Made by a program: the position numbers and the translations under genes. From the NCBI GenBank assembly GCA_045863855.1, contig BTVV01000091.1, positions 1-24,924 of the forward strand: a stretch of 24,924 nucleotides of DNA, in the 5' to 3' direction. Positions 8,954-17,591 of this stretch are shown in pieces (the stretch's first letter is position 1; every line of letters starts with the position of its first letter). The stretch comes from Planctomycetota bacterium. Lineage in GTDB: Bacteria > Planctomycetota > SZUA-567 > H5-PLA8. Below the pieces are notes generated by a model, which was given only the letters and a program-made list of their open reading frames with translations, did no database searches and was not told where the DNA came from.

Positions 8954-9709
8954 ATGAAAGCGATCATCTCCGATATCCACGGCAATCTCGAAGCGCTCCG
9001 CGCAGTGCTCGACGATATCGATGGATTGGGCGTCAAAGAAATCATCTGCCTCGGCGATGTGATCGGGTACGGACCCGACCCGAAAGAGTGCCTGGACATC
9101 ATCCAAAGCGTCACGAGCCTGAACATTCTCGGCAACCACGAAGAAGCGGTGCTGTACGGCATCCCGCCCAACTTCACGCCGCGGGCGAAGAAGGCCCTCG
9201 AGTGGACGCGTAAGATTGTGCTCGAAGACGAGACCGAGTCGCCGGAGCTGCGCGAGAGCCGCCGAAAATTCATGATGTCCTTCAAGGTCCAGACGCGCAT
9301 CGAAGGCGTGACCTACGTCCACGGTTCGCCGCGCGGGCCCACGCGCGAGTACGTGCTCCCGCGCGACGCCCAGGACAAGAAGAAGATGAAGGCGATCTTC
9401 GACTGCCTGGAAGATTTCTGCTTCTGCGGGCACACGCACACGCCAGGCATCTTCAATTACGAAGGCTTCACGCATCCCAGCGACATGTTCGACCTTTACA
9501 TGCTCGGCAGCGACGAAAAGGTGCTGATCAACGTCGGATCGGTGGGACAGCCGCGCGACGGCGACCCGCGCGCCTGCTTCGTCACCTTCGACGGCGATAC
9601 GGTGGTCTGGCGGCGCGTGGAATACAACATCGAGCCGGTGGTCGAAAAGATTTACGCGGTGCCCGAACTGGACAACTTCCTCGCCGATCGCCTGCGCGAA
9701 GGCCGCTGA
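8954..9709 (+). CDS. Calcineurin-like metallophosphoesterase
   Basis: SDIHGN, GDVIGYGP, GNHE, HGSP, GHTH and NVGSVGQPRDG. Start placed at MKAIISD. Confidence 0.93.
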   Translation: MKAIISDIHGNLEALRAVLDDIDGLGVKEIICLGDVIGYGPDPKECLDIIQSVTSLNILGNHEEAVLYGIPPNFTPRAKKALEWTRKIVLEDETESPELRESRRKFMMSFKVQTRIEGVTYVHGSPRGPTREYVLPRDAQDKKKMKAIFDCLEDFCFCGHTHTPGIFNYEGFTHPSDMFDLYMLGSDEKVLINVGSVGQPRDGDPRACFVTFDGDTVVWRRVEYNIEPVVEKIYAVPELDNFLADRLREGR

Positions 9710-9760
9710 TGCGAGCACGCCGCGCCGGCCGCATCCCTATCTGAAAATCCGGTACGTAGG

Positions 9761-10171
9761 TTACGGCGCAGGAGGCACCGGCGCCTGGAGCACCCGCAGC
9801 TTGCGGCTGCCGAGCAGTTCGCCGTCCGCGACGAACTCCACCGCGTACTCGCCGGGCTTATCGAAGCGCAGCGATTGCAGGCGGAAGATCAGTTCCGCGA
9901 CCCCGATCGGATCGTTGAAGGTAATGCCGCCATTGAGCGCGAAGATCTCGCGCTGCGACTCCAGTTCCAGCATGCGCAGCTTGCACGGAATCTGGCCGCG
10001 CCCGTCGGTCAGCGCCACGTACACGCAGAACGCCGGGAAGGTGTACGGAAAGCGCTGGACGTTGAGCATGCTGAAAATGCCGATAAGCGAAGGCTTGTTG
10101 GTACCGCCTTCACGAATCGTGTAGTCGCATAGAATCAGGTCGAGCAGGAGCGGAGGATTCTGTTTGGCCAT
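9761..10171 (-). CDS. Hypothetical beta-sandwich protein (DUF6941-like)
   Basis: Pattern ILCD....GTNKPSLIGIF....FP.....F.KPGEY.VE...DGE recalled as DUF6941-type. Good high-GC codon usage. Confidence 0.7.
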   Translation of the reverse strand: MAKQNPPLLLDLILCDYTIREGGTNKPSLIGIFSMLNVQRFPYTFPAFCVYVALTDGRGQIPCKLRMLELESQREIFALNGGITFNDPIGVAELIFRLQSLRFDKPGEYAVEFVADGELLGSRKLRVLQAPVPPAP

Positions 10172-10320
10172 GGCGCGTCTATATAGCGCATCTCCGGCGC
10201 GTGCACCACGGCCGAATCGGCCGAGGGCGGCAATTAGCGCATGCTGGCGGGCGGCGGTTATTTTTGACTGCTCAGGCCCGCCGATCCGTTAACATGATGA
10301 ACGCGGAGGCAGAATCGGCC

Positions 10321-10908
10321 ATGAACGCTCCCGAATCCCCGAAGACTCGCGCCGGCCTTTTGCCGCGCATTGGCGTACGCGTCGGGATGTATCTGGTCGT
10401 CATTGCCGCGATCTACTTCTACAAGTTCAATCAGCAGCCCGTCACCGAGCCGGCCCCGTTGCCCACCGTTCACAAGCCCGCGCCCGAACCGGAACACGAA
10501 GAACCCGGTACTCAGGTCGACATCTCGACGATCTACCCGCAGCTTACTTTCTACGCCTGGACCGCCGCCATCCGCCCCGACGGCACCCAGCGCGTCGAAG
10601 CGCTGGTCCGGTTCACCGGCAACCTGGACGACCTGCATTGGAAGGAGTTGAAGCTGCGCCGCGTCGGCGACGACCGCGATCTGGCAGAGGCGCAAGCGCC
10701 CGACGGCCAACCGCGGCCCCAGCGCGGCCTGGCTAAGCTGGTCTTCGAACTTTCGGCCGGAGCCAAGCCCTTCGACGGAGGGCGCGTCTTCTGCTGGGTC
10801 CGCGATCTGTTCCTGCTGGAGCCCGAGCGGCGCGTTTCGGCGGAGCAACTCGACCAGGCGCTGGCGGAAGCACAGAACGAAGAAGCCGGCGCCAAAACCA
10901 AGCCTTAG
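10321..10908 (+). CDS. Hypothetical single-pass membrane protein
   Basis: GGAGG upstream of ATG 10321, N-terminal hydrophobic segment VGMYLVVIAAIYFY, Pro/Glu linker, then a soluble domain. Confidence 0.7.
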   Translation: MNAPESPKTRAGLLPRIGVRVGMYLVVIAAIYFYKFNQQPVTEPAPLPTVHKPAPEPEHEEPGTQVDISTIYPQLTFYAWTAAIRPDGTQRVEALVRFTGNLDDLHWKELKLRRVGDDRDLAEAQAPDGQPRPQRGLAKLVFELSAGAKPFDGGRVFCWVRDLFLLEPERRVSAEQLDQALAEAQNEEAGAKTKP

Positions 10909-11072
10909 AGCCGCGAACAAGACCAGCGTCGAGGCGGCTGGGCGGCGACGGTCAAGCGGGGCAAAGAAGGCGAAGAAGCCGGATCGGGACGAGCATCCGG
11001 CGCCTGAACCTGACGAAGTCCCGCGAAACACCGCCGCAAGCAGACGACCGATGATGGTTTTGCTAGTGGCAC

Positions 11073-11534
11073 TTAGCCTACCCGCACCTTCATCACCACC
11101 TTGCGCGCGCTGCTGGGCGCGCCCGCCGCGATCCCCGGCATGTGCGCGTCGCGCGGGCCGAAGATCGCGAAAGCCCCCGCGCGGATGTCCATGAAATCCC
11201 CCACCCCGCGCGGGTCATCCAGCTTCATGAAATCCTTCGCTTCGTCGTAGGCTTGGATCACGCGCAGCGCATCCAGCGGGGCGTATCCCATGCGCTCGAC
11301 GCCGCGGACGATGAGCTGCACATCCAGATATTTGCGGTGGGCTTCCCAGAAACAATCGGCGGCCGGCTTCGTCTCGTAGTCCTGCACGATGGCCATCAGG
11401 TCCTGCCCGCGAATCTCGTGCTTGCCCAAGGGCAGCGCCGCGAGGTCGGTCGTTCGCAGGTACTCCAGCGCGCTGGCGATGCCCGCCCCCAGCCCCGCAT
11501 ACAGCGCAGCGTTGTTCAGATCGTCGCGGATCAT
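11073..11534 (-). CDS. YhcH/YjgK/YiaL (DUF386) family protein
   Basis: MIRDDL, WEAHRKYLDVQ...G.E, FAIFGPRDAHMPG and RKVVMKV. RBS ggaggg upstream. Confidence 0.92.
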   Translation of the reverse strand: MIRDDLNNAALYAGLGAGIASALEYLRTTDLAALPLGKHEIRGQDLMAIVQDYETKPAADCFWEAHRKYLDVQLIVRGVERMGYAPLDALRVIQAYDEAKDFMKLDDPRGVGDFMDIRAGAFAIFGPRDAHMPGIAAGAPSSARKVVMKVRVG

Positions 11535-11546
11535 CCGATACCCTCC

Positions 11547-11579
11547 AAATGAAATCGGCGGGCGCAAGCGCCCGCCGAT
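11547..11579 (-). terminator. Hairpin/terminator after the HEAT gene
   Basis: Inverted repeat ATCGGCGGGCGC-aa-GCGCCCGCCGAT (11554-11579), followed on the minus strand by ttcattt. Confidence 0.6.
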
Positions 11580-11610
11580 CGTACCGTTCCTTATGTAAGG
11601 CCCGGCCTGC

Positions 11611-13026
11611 TTACTTCTTCACCCGCATGCCCGGGTACGCTTCATCGAACCACTTGTCCCAGCGCACGACATCGTCGCCGAAGTTCTGGCGGCTGATGTA
11701 CTCGATCGATTCCAGCAGCACCGCCCGGCCTTCCTTGTCTTCGTCCTTGCGCAGGTGGTACAGGAGCTTCTCCAGCGCATCCTTGTGGAACTCCTTGAAC
11801 GGCGTCTGCATCGGGTACAGGTAGCGCAAGGAGAAGATCGCCGAGCGGATCACCTCCTTGACTTCTTTCTTCTGCGCCTGCGGATCGACGATGTCGAGCA
11901 GCAGCTTGGCCATCTTGGCCACCGAATCGGCGACCGGCGCGGGCTTGCGCACGCGCTGCGCGGCCAGCATGTAGCCTAGCGTCTTGGCGATCGTCTGCCG
12001 AATCTTCAAGTCGTTGGCGTAAGAACCGCTCGCCGAATCGGCGTTGTACATGTCCTCGAACGCCTTGATCAGGGCCGGCAGCGCCTCGTCCTTGCCCGTC
12101 ACGCCCAGCGCTTCCACCGCCGCAATCAGCAGCACCGGCTTGCTTTCTTCCTTTAGGATCTTTTCGATCACCGGCAACACGCGGTTGCCCGTGCGCACGC
12201 CGTTGGCTTCCAGGCGCGCCAGCGCCTTCATGCCTTCGGCGCGAATCTCCGCGTCCATCGCCTTCTCTTCCACGAGTTGAATCAAGCGATTCACCGTCGG
12301 CGGGGTCACCAGCTTATCGAGGTCCTTGTCGATCCGGCTGAGCAGGGCGTAGAACGCCGAGAGCACCGCTTCCTTGAGCCGGTTGTCGAGGTTCACTTGG
12401 ATCAGGATGTTGGCGAGCGTGTCCAGGCATGCGCCGTTGCCGACCTGGCCGATGGCCCGAACCGCCGTTTCGCGGATCAGCAAGTCGGGCATGTTACCGG
12501 CCTGCCGGCCCTCTTCGGAGGCGATCTTCTGCAGCGCTTCCAGCGCGCGCTCTTCCGGCAGGCTGCTCAGCACCAGCGTGGCCCCGAAAACGCGGCAGAT
12601 CTCGGCGCGGATGTGCGTCTCTTCCTTGTCGTCCGTCAGGTGCTTCGTAAAGACCTCCGTGTACTTCTTAGCCGCCAGACGGTCGAGCGTGAAGAGATTG
12701 CCCTGCAATTGGCCCAGTGCCTTGATGCAGCCGATGCGGACGAACAGATCGTCGTCCTTTTGCTGCACGACCCACAGCAGCGCGTCGACGACGTCGTTTT
12801 CGTTGACCTTATCCCGGTCGCGCAGGCTGCTCAGCGAGCGTACGGCGTCCAGACGGTCTTCGGGGTAACCCGTGCGCTTCTTGGCGATGGAAACCAATTC
12901 GGCGACGGTCTTTTCCTGCTTGGCCGCTGCGCCTTGCGCCCGCGCCGGCGCATGCGCCGCCACGGCCACGAGCACCGCCAGCAACCCCGCGAGTGGGATA
13001 CCCGGACTCATGCCTCGACGGAGCAT
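11611..13026 (-). CDS. Secreted HEAT-repeat protein
   Basis: Signal peptide ending ARA-Q, repeated R..A..ALG helical units and C-terminal FGDDVVRWDKWF. RBS ggaggg before ATG 13026. Confidence 0.8.
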   Translation of the reverse strand: MLRRGMSPGIPLAGLLAVLVAVAAHAPARAQGAAAKQEKTVAELVSIAKKRTGYPEDRLDAVRSLSSLRDRDKVNENDVVDALLWVVQQKDDDLFVRIGCIKALGQLQGNLFTLDRLAAKKYTEVFTKHLTDDKEETHIRAEICRVFGATLVLSSLPEERALEALQKIASEEGRQAGNMPDLLIRETAVRAIGQVGNGACLDTLANILIQVNLDNRLKEAVLSAFYALLSRIDKDLDKLVTPPTVNRLIQLVEEKAMDAEIRAEGMKALARLEANGVRTGNRVLPVIEKILKEESKPVLLIAAVEALGVTGKDEALPALIKAFEDMYNADSASGSYANDLKIRQTIAKTLGYMLAAQRVRKPAPVADSVAKMAKLLLDIVDPQAQKKEVKEVIRSAIFSLRYLYPMQTPFKEFHKDALEKLLYHLRKDEDKEGRAVLLESIEYISRQNFGDDVVRWDKWFDEAYPGMRVKK

Positions 13027-13108
13027 ACGAACACCCTCCAAGCGACGGCCGCCGCGAGGCGCCGTTCGTGCCGCGAAAACCGAATCCAAATGCAGTGCAG
13101 ACCAAGGA

Positions 13109-13137
13109 TTTGTATGAACGCCAGGCTACCCTGTCAA
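13109..13137 (-). promoter_or_regulatory. Candidate sigma70 promoter for the HEAT gene
   Basis: Minus strand TTGACA-17 nt-TACAAA. Confidence 0.45.
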
Positions 13138-13205
13138 TCCGAAAAGCCCAGCCCGCCCCAGACCCCTTGCCACTCCTGAGACGAACGCCTTACGCACCTC
13201 GTGAC

Positions 13206-14033
13206 CTAAAATCGCTGCGCTTCCAGAAACGTCTGCGCTTCCTCGAAGCGGTCGAAGCGCTTTTCCAGCGCACGAAACCGCGCGCCGTGCATGCAGCGCT
13301 TGCCGTCCTGACGCCGCCCGATGCCCAGATATTTATGCAACAGCTCGTGATACATCAAATAATCGAGCACGAAGAGCGGGACGTGCTCCGCATCGAAAAC
13401 GCGGCTGACGATCAGGCGATCGTCCTCGGGCGTATAGCTGCCCAGGATGCGCCGCGAACGCTTGGGGCTCCAGCACAGCTTCGGGCGCGCGAGTTGGCCC
13501 TCGAAATACGAACGGTTGATGCGGTCGAAGCTCTCGTCCAGCGAGCGGAACCGGCCGGGGCCGCTGCGCGCGCGCGGCGCGGGCCGACGCACCCCGGGCA
13601 GTCGAAAGACCTGCGGCGGCAATCCCGCGATGAACGCGTCGTACGCCCTGCGCTCGACGCCGGCCTTGGACCGACGCGTCCGCGCGAGCATCAAGTGGCA
13701 TGCCTGCGTGATCACCGCCTCGCCCGCCAAGCGAAACACGAGGTGAAAGCGCAGCATCGCCTGCCCGTCGGCCGCGATCCGGAAGCTGTACAAGGTGCTG
13801 CGAAACGGCCGGAAGCTCACCTTCGCGCGCCGAATCTGACGCACGCGGCGCTCCTGAGCGGCGGCGATGAAGAGTTCGCCTACGCGTCGTTCGAAGGCAG
13901 GATCGCGCACACGCGCCAGACGAAAGAGAGATGCTGCGTGCGGTTCGATCGATTCGACGGATGCAACGGGTGCTGCCGGCGGCGCGGCAGCCTCGGTGGG
14001 CGGATCGGCAAAGACGAAGCTCAACTGCCGCAT
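13206..14033 (-). CDS. SprT-like/YgjP-like zinc metalloprotease
   Basis: FDRINRSYF, WS......LGSY, YLMYHELLH and a downstream HG..F. Start inferred at MRQLSFVF. Confidence 0.8.
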   Translation of the reverse strand: MRQLSFVFADPPTEAAAPPAAPVASVESIEPHAASLFRLARVRDPAFERRVGELFIAAAQERRVRQIRRAKVSFRPFRSTLYSFRIAADGQAMLRFHLVFRLAGEAVITQACHLMLARTRRSKAGVERRAYDAFIAGLPPQVFRLPGVRRPAPRARSGPGRFRSLDESFDRINRSYFEGQLARPKLCWSPKRSRRILGSYTPEDDRLIVSRVFDAEHVPLFVLDYLMYHELLHKYLGIGRRQDGKRCMHGARFRALEKRFDRFEEAQTFLEAQRF

Positions 14034-14209
14034 AGCAGCCCGTTGAAAATGGGTCCGGTCCGGCTCGCCCCTACGGTTTCCTTTTATGTTCTTGACGTGC
14101 CGGGCTCTTTTGATGAAAGATACGAGCCGGATTAGGTTTGTCGAGACGGGAAAAGTTCTTCCTGTGTAAGCACGCGAGACCCTGCATGCGCAGCCGCAGA
14201 CGACGTTCG

Positions 14210-14671
14210 ATGCGCAGCGTCCTGCCGCCAGACCTGCGGCGCTACTACTCCGAAGGCGGCTGCCGTTCCGTTTTCCGTTCGCTGGACGTTCCGCTTGGCT
14301 CCCCCGGCGCCTTCGAAGTCGAGTTCTGCCAGGACATCCTCGCCCGCGCGCCCGAGCACTTCGAAACACTCGCGTTGCTGGGCGAAGCGTACGTCCGCCG
14401 CGGCGATTACGAAAAAAGCCTCGAGACGGACCTGCGCCTGATCGGCATGCGCCCTGAAAGTTCCATTGCCCACTACAACCTCGCGTGCAGTTACGCGCTT
14501 AATCGGAATAAAGAAGAAGCGTTGCAGGCGCTGCTCAAAGCCGTCGCGCGCGGTTACAACGACGTGGAGCACTTGCGCCAGGACCGCGACCTCAAGATTC
14601 TGCACACCGACCCGCGCTTCCAAACGCTCGTCAAGAAGCTGCGCCGCAAGAAGAGCCGCTCGAAGGCCTGA
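14210..14671 (+). CDS. TPR-repeat protein
   Basis: LGEAY..RG.YE, AHYNLACSYAL and A..GY.D......D.DL..L..DPRF. Start uncertain (14186 or 14210). Confidence 0.85.
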   Translation: MRSVLPPDLRRYYSEGGCRSVFRSLDVPLGSPGAFEVEFCQDILARAPEHFETLALLGEAYVRRGDYEKSLETDLRLIGMRPESSIAHYNLACSYALNRNKEEALQALLKAVARGYNDVEHLRQDRDLKILHTDPRFQTLVKKLRRKKSRSKA

Positions 14672-14742
14672 CCTGCCCTCGACGTGATGCACCCTGCGCT
14701 CTACACTGATTCCGCTTGATTTCTCGAATCGAGGCCAAAGCC

Positions 14743-14922
14743 ATGCGCCAGATCGCTCGAACGTTGCGCCGTTGGGCCGTATTGACCTTTGCGGTGGGCT
14801 TGTTGCTGGGCGCCACGGGATGCCCGCGCAATCAGAGCACGCTCGACGACCGCACGTTAGAGCAGAAGCCTCATGTTGAAACGGACAAGCCGGTGGATCG
14901 CAGCGATCCGTTCCGTCCTTAA
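14743..14922 (+). CDS. Small putative lipoprotein (59 aa)
   Basis: Basic n-region, hydrophobic h-region and lipobox-like ATG-C. gagg RBS upstream. Confidence 0.65.
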   Translation: MRQIARTLRRWAVLTFAVGLLLGATGCPRNQSTLDDRTLEQKPHVETDKPVDRSDPFRP

Positions 14923-15098
14923 CCGGCGGCGCACACGTGCGCAGGTAATTTTCGTGCACTTCTCCGCGCGAATTATCCGCCTCGCCCTCCGTTAATTTAG
15001 AAGCTCATCCGGCTCAGAAGCGAAACGCTCTGTACACCCGCCCGCTCCAGAATTAGGTTTTACCCGTCTTCAATAGGACGGATGGGGGGAACCATACC

Positions 15099-17591
15099 GT
15101 GTCCACGGAAGCGACTGTTTTAAGCTGCCCCGGTTGCGGCAAAAAGCTGAAGGCCGACGCCGCGCATAAGCGCATCAAGTGCCCCGGCTGCGAACGCGTG
15201 ATCGACGTCGAGAAAGCCGCCGGCGACGAGTTCACCGTCGAAGAGATGGACCTCGATCTCGGCGCCCTTAAGCCGCCCCCCAAGCCCGAAGACCTCAGCG
15301 ACGCCGACAAAGCCGCGCGCATCCGTACGCTCGAGAAGGAACTCGAAGACCTCAACGTCCGCTGGATGGCCGAACGCCAATCGACCAAGCAGGCCCAAGC
15401 CGACCGCAACAAGACCGGCGAAGAAAAGCGCAAGCTTGAAGGCGAAAATGCGGAGTTGCGCAGCCTGTTGAAAGCAGCCCTGGAGGACAACCAGGCGGCC
15501 TCGGGCGCCGACGCGGGCGCGCAAGCCGATGTGCAGAAGACGGTCGACGACTTGGCGGCGAGCTTGAAGGAAGCGCGCGCCGAGCGCGAAGCGGCGCAGC
15601 ACGAACGCGACCGCTTGGCCGGAGCGCTTAAGGAACTCGAGAACCGCGCCGCCGACCTTGAACAAAAGATGGCCGCCGCGAGCGCGCAGGGCGAAGCCGC
15701 GGCCGGCGAGCGCGCCGAATTCGCACAGGCTAAGGCCACGCTGGAAGGCCGCATTGCCGAACTCGATACGCGCTTCAAGAAGGAGAAGGAGGGCCGCGAC
15801 GGCCTCCAGAAAGAACGCGACGGGCTGGCCAAGAGCAAAGGCGAACTGGAAGGCAAGGTCGCCGAGCTGAAGGCGCGCGTCCAGGAGTACGAAGCCGCGC
15901 CGAAGGCGCAGGACGAACTGACCGGCGAAAACCGCGAGCTTAAGAGCCAGCTCGCCCGGCTGCAGACGCAGACCGAAGCCGACCGCAAGCAAATCGAGGA
16001 AGCTGCCCGCCGAAGGGAAGCGCTGGAGCAGGAAGGTTCGGACCTCGAAGCGCGGATCGCGGAACTGGAACAGAAGGGCCGCGCGGAAGCCGAAGCGCGC
16101 GAAGCGCTGCAAAAAGAGCGCGACGAGCTGGCGCGGCTCAAGAGCGAGCAGGGCGCGCTGGTGGCTCAGCTGGAGGCGCGCGCCAAAAGCGGGCAGGAAC
16201 GCGAGGAAAGCCTGCGCATCGAGCGCGACGAGTTGCAGGAAGCGCGGCAGACCTTGGAAGCCAAGGCCACCGAGCTGGCGCAGCGCCTGGCGGGGGAAGC
16301 CGAAGCGCGGCAGGAGTTGCGCGCGGAGCGCAATACGCTCGCCGACGCGCGCCGCGAACTGGACGCAAAGCTCGCCGGACTGGAAGCCAGCCTGAAATCG
16401 CAGCGCGAGTATCTTGAAGGCGCGACCAAAGAACGAGACGAGTTGCAGCACGAGCGCAACGAACTGGAAGCCAAAGTTGCCGAACTCGAACGGCGACTGG
16501 GTTCGGAACGCGGCGCCAAGGCCGATATCGCGCGCAAGGAGAAGGAACTCGCACAGTTGCGCAACGAACTCGAAGGCCGCATCGCGGATCTCGAGACCAA
16601 GCTGAAGATCGCCGAGGAAGCCAAGCGTACCGCGCGCCAGGAGAAGGACGAACTTTCCGACACCGTGAGCGAGCGCGAGGCCAAGATCGCGCAGCTCGAA
16701 TCCAAGCTCTCGTCGGCCGAGGAAGCGCGCACGCAGGCGCAAGGCGAGCGCGACGAACTTTCCTCCGCCCGCGGCGAACTGGAAGCGAAGGTCGCGGAAC
16801 TCCAGGCCCGCCTGCGCAACGAAGCCGACGCCAAGGAAACGCTGCAAGGCGAACGCGACCGGGCGCGCCGCGAAGCCGAAGCCCGCAGCAAGCACGCGCT
16901 CGCCGTCCAGGCCCAGCTAACCGAAGTCGTCGAACGGACCGCCGCGAACCTGGATGCGCTGCGCGAAGAACACCGCGCGCTGCAGACCGAATCGCAGGCG
17001 CGTTACGAAGACGTTCTCTCCAAGGCCCGCGCCACGGCCAAGCGCATGAAAGAAGCGCTGGAGAAAGCCGATCAGTGGGAAGCCACCGTCGAAGAAGGCC
17101 GGCAGTCCATTGCCGAACGCCAGGCCGCCTTGGGCGAGAAGATTCAGCGTGTCCTCGCGCAGCCGGGCGCCGTCGAAGAGCCGGAGCCCGAGCCGGAAGC
17201 GCCGCGGCAGCAGAAACCCGAAGCGCCGAAGCCGGAAGCTCGCCAGGCGCAGGAGCCGCCAGAGACGCCGCCCGGCGCCGCGGCGTCCAGTACGCCCGAG
17301 CCCCTCGCGGACATCGAGCCGGAAGCCGATGCCGAAATCGATGCGGATGTAGAGGAAGTTGAAACAGAAGAAGAGGAGTCTGCGCCGGTCGAATCGGACG
17401 AGCATCAAAAGCAGGAAGTGGCAGCCGAAGCGAAGGCGGAAGAAAAGAAGCCCGCACCCGCTCCGTCACGCGCCGCCCCCGCGCCGGCGGGTGTTCAAAA
17501 TCAGCCCGATGCCGGTCGCAAACGCCGCCCGGAATCGAGCGCTCCGCCCAAAAAGAAGGGCGGCTTCCTCGGTGGCATTTTCGGCCGCTGA
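15099..17591 (+). CDS. Zinc-ribbon plus long coiled-coil protein with acidic disordered tail
   Basis: CPGC-x14-CPGC, roughly 600 aa of E/A/K/R/L-rich heptads, Pro/Glu-rich tail and terminal KKKGGFLGGIFGR. Confidence 0.88.
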   Translation: MSTEATVLSCPGCGKKLKADAAHKRIKCPGCERVIDVEKAAGDEFTVEEMDLDLGALKPPPKPEDLSDADKAARIRTLEKELEDLNVRWMAERQSTKQAQADRNKTGEEKRKLEGENAELRSLLKAALEDNQAASGADAGAQADVQKTVDDLAASLKEARAEREAAQHERDRLAGALKELENRAADLEQKMAAASAQGEAAAGERAEFAQAKATLEGRIAELDTRFKKEKEGRDGLQKERDGLAKSKGELEGKVAELKARVQEYEAAPKAQDELTGENRELKSQLARLQTQTEADRKQIEEAARRREALEQEGSDLEARIAELEQKGRAEAEAREALQKERDELARLKSEQGALVAQLEARAKSGQEREESLRIERDELQEARQTLEAKATELAQRLAGEAEARQELRAERNTLADARRELDAKLAGLEASLKSQREYLEGATKERDELQHERNELEAKVAELERRLGSERGAKADIARKEKELAQLRNELEGRIADLETKLKIAEEAKRTARQEKDELSDTVSEREAKIAQLESKLSSAEEARTQAQGERDELSSARGELEAKVAELQARLRNEADAKETLQGERDRARREAEARSKHALAVQAQLTEVVERTAANLDALREEHRALQTESQARYEDVLSKARATAKRMKEALEKADQWEATVEEGRQSIAERQAALGEKIQRVLAQPGAVEEPEPEPEAPRQQKPEAPKPEARQAQEPPETPPGAAASSTPEPLADIEPEADAEIDADVEEVETEEEESAPVESDEHQKQEVAAEAKAEEKKPAPAPSRAAPAPAGVQNQPDAGRKRRPESSAPPKKKGGFLGGIFGR
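15708..16860 (+). repeat. About 11 degenerate 35-aa (105-nt) intragenic repeats
   Basis: Units such as ERDELQHERNELEAKVAELERRLGSERGAKADIAR and ERDELSSARGELEAKVAELQARLRNEADAKETLQG. Confidence 0.8.

Noticed and set aside
11005..11035. Hammerhead-like CTGACGA...GAAA and TPP-like TGAACCTGA words
   Set aside because: No pairable stem II or flanking stems, no CTGAGA motif, and the site lies between convergent genes.
14034..14369. N-terminal extension of the SprT-like ORF to 387 aa
   Set aside because: Overlaps the divergent TPR gene and reads as non-coding translation.
15099..17591. SMC or phage tape-measure annotation
   Set aside because: No Walker A/B motifs or hinge, and no phage genes nearby.
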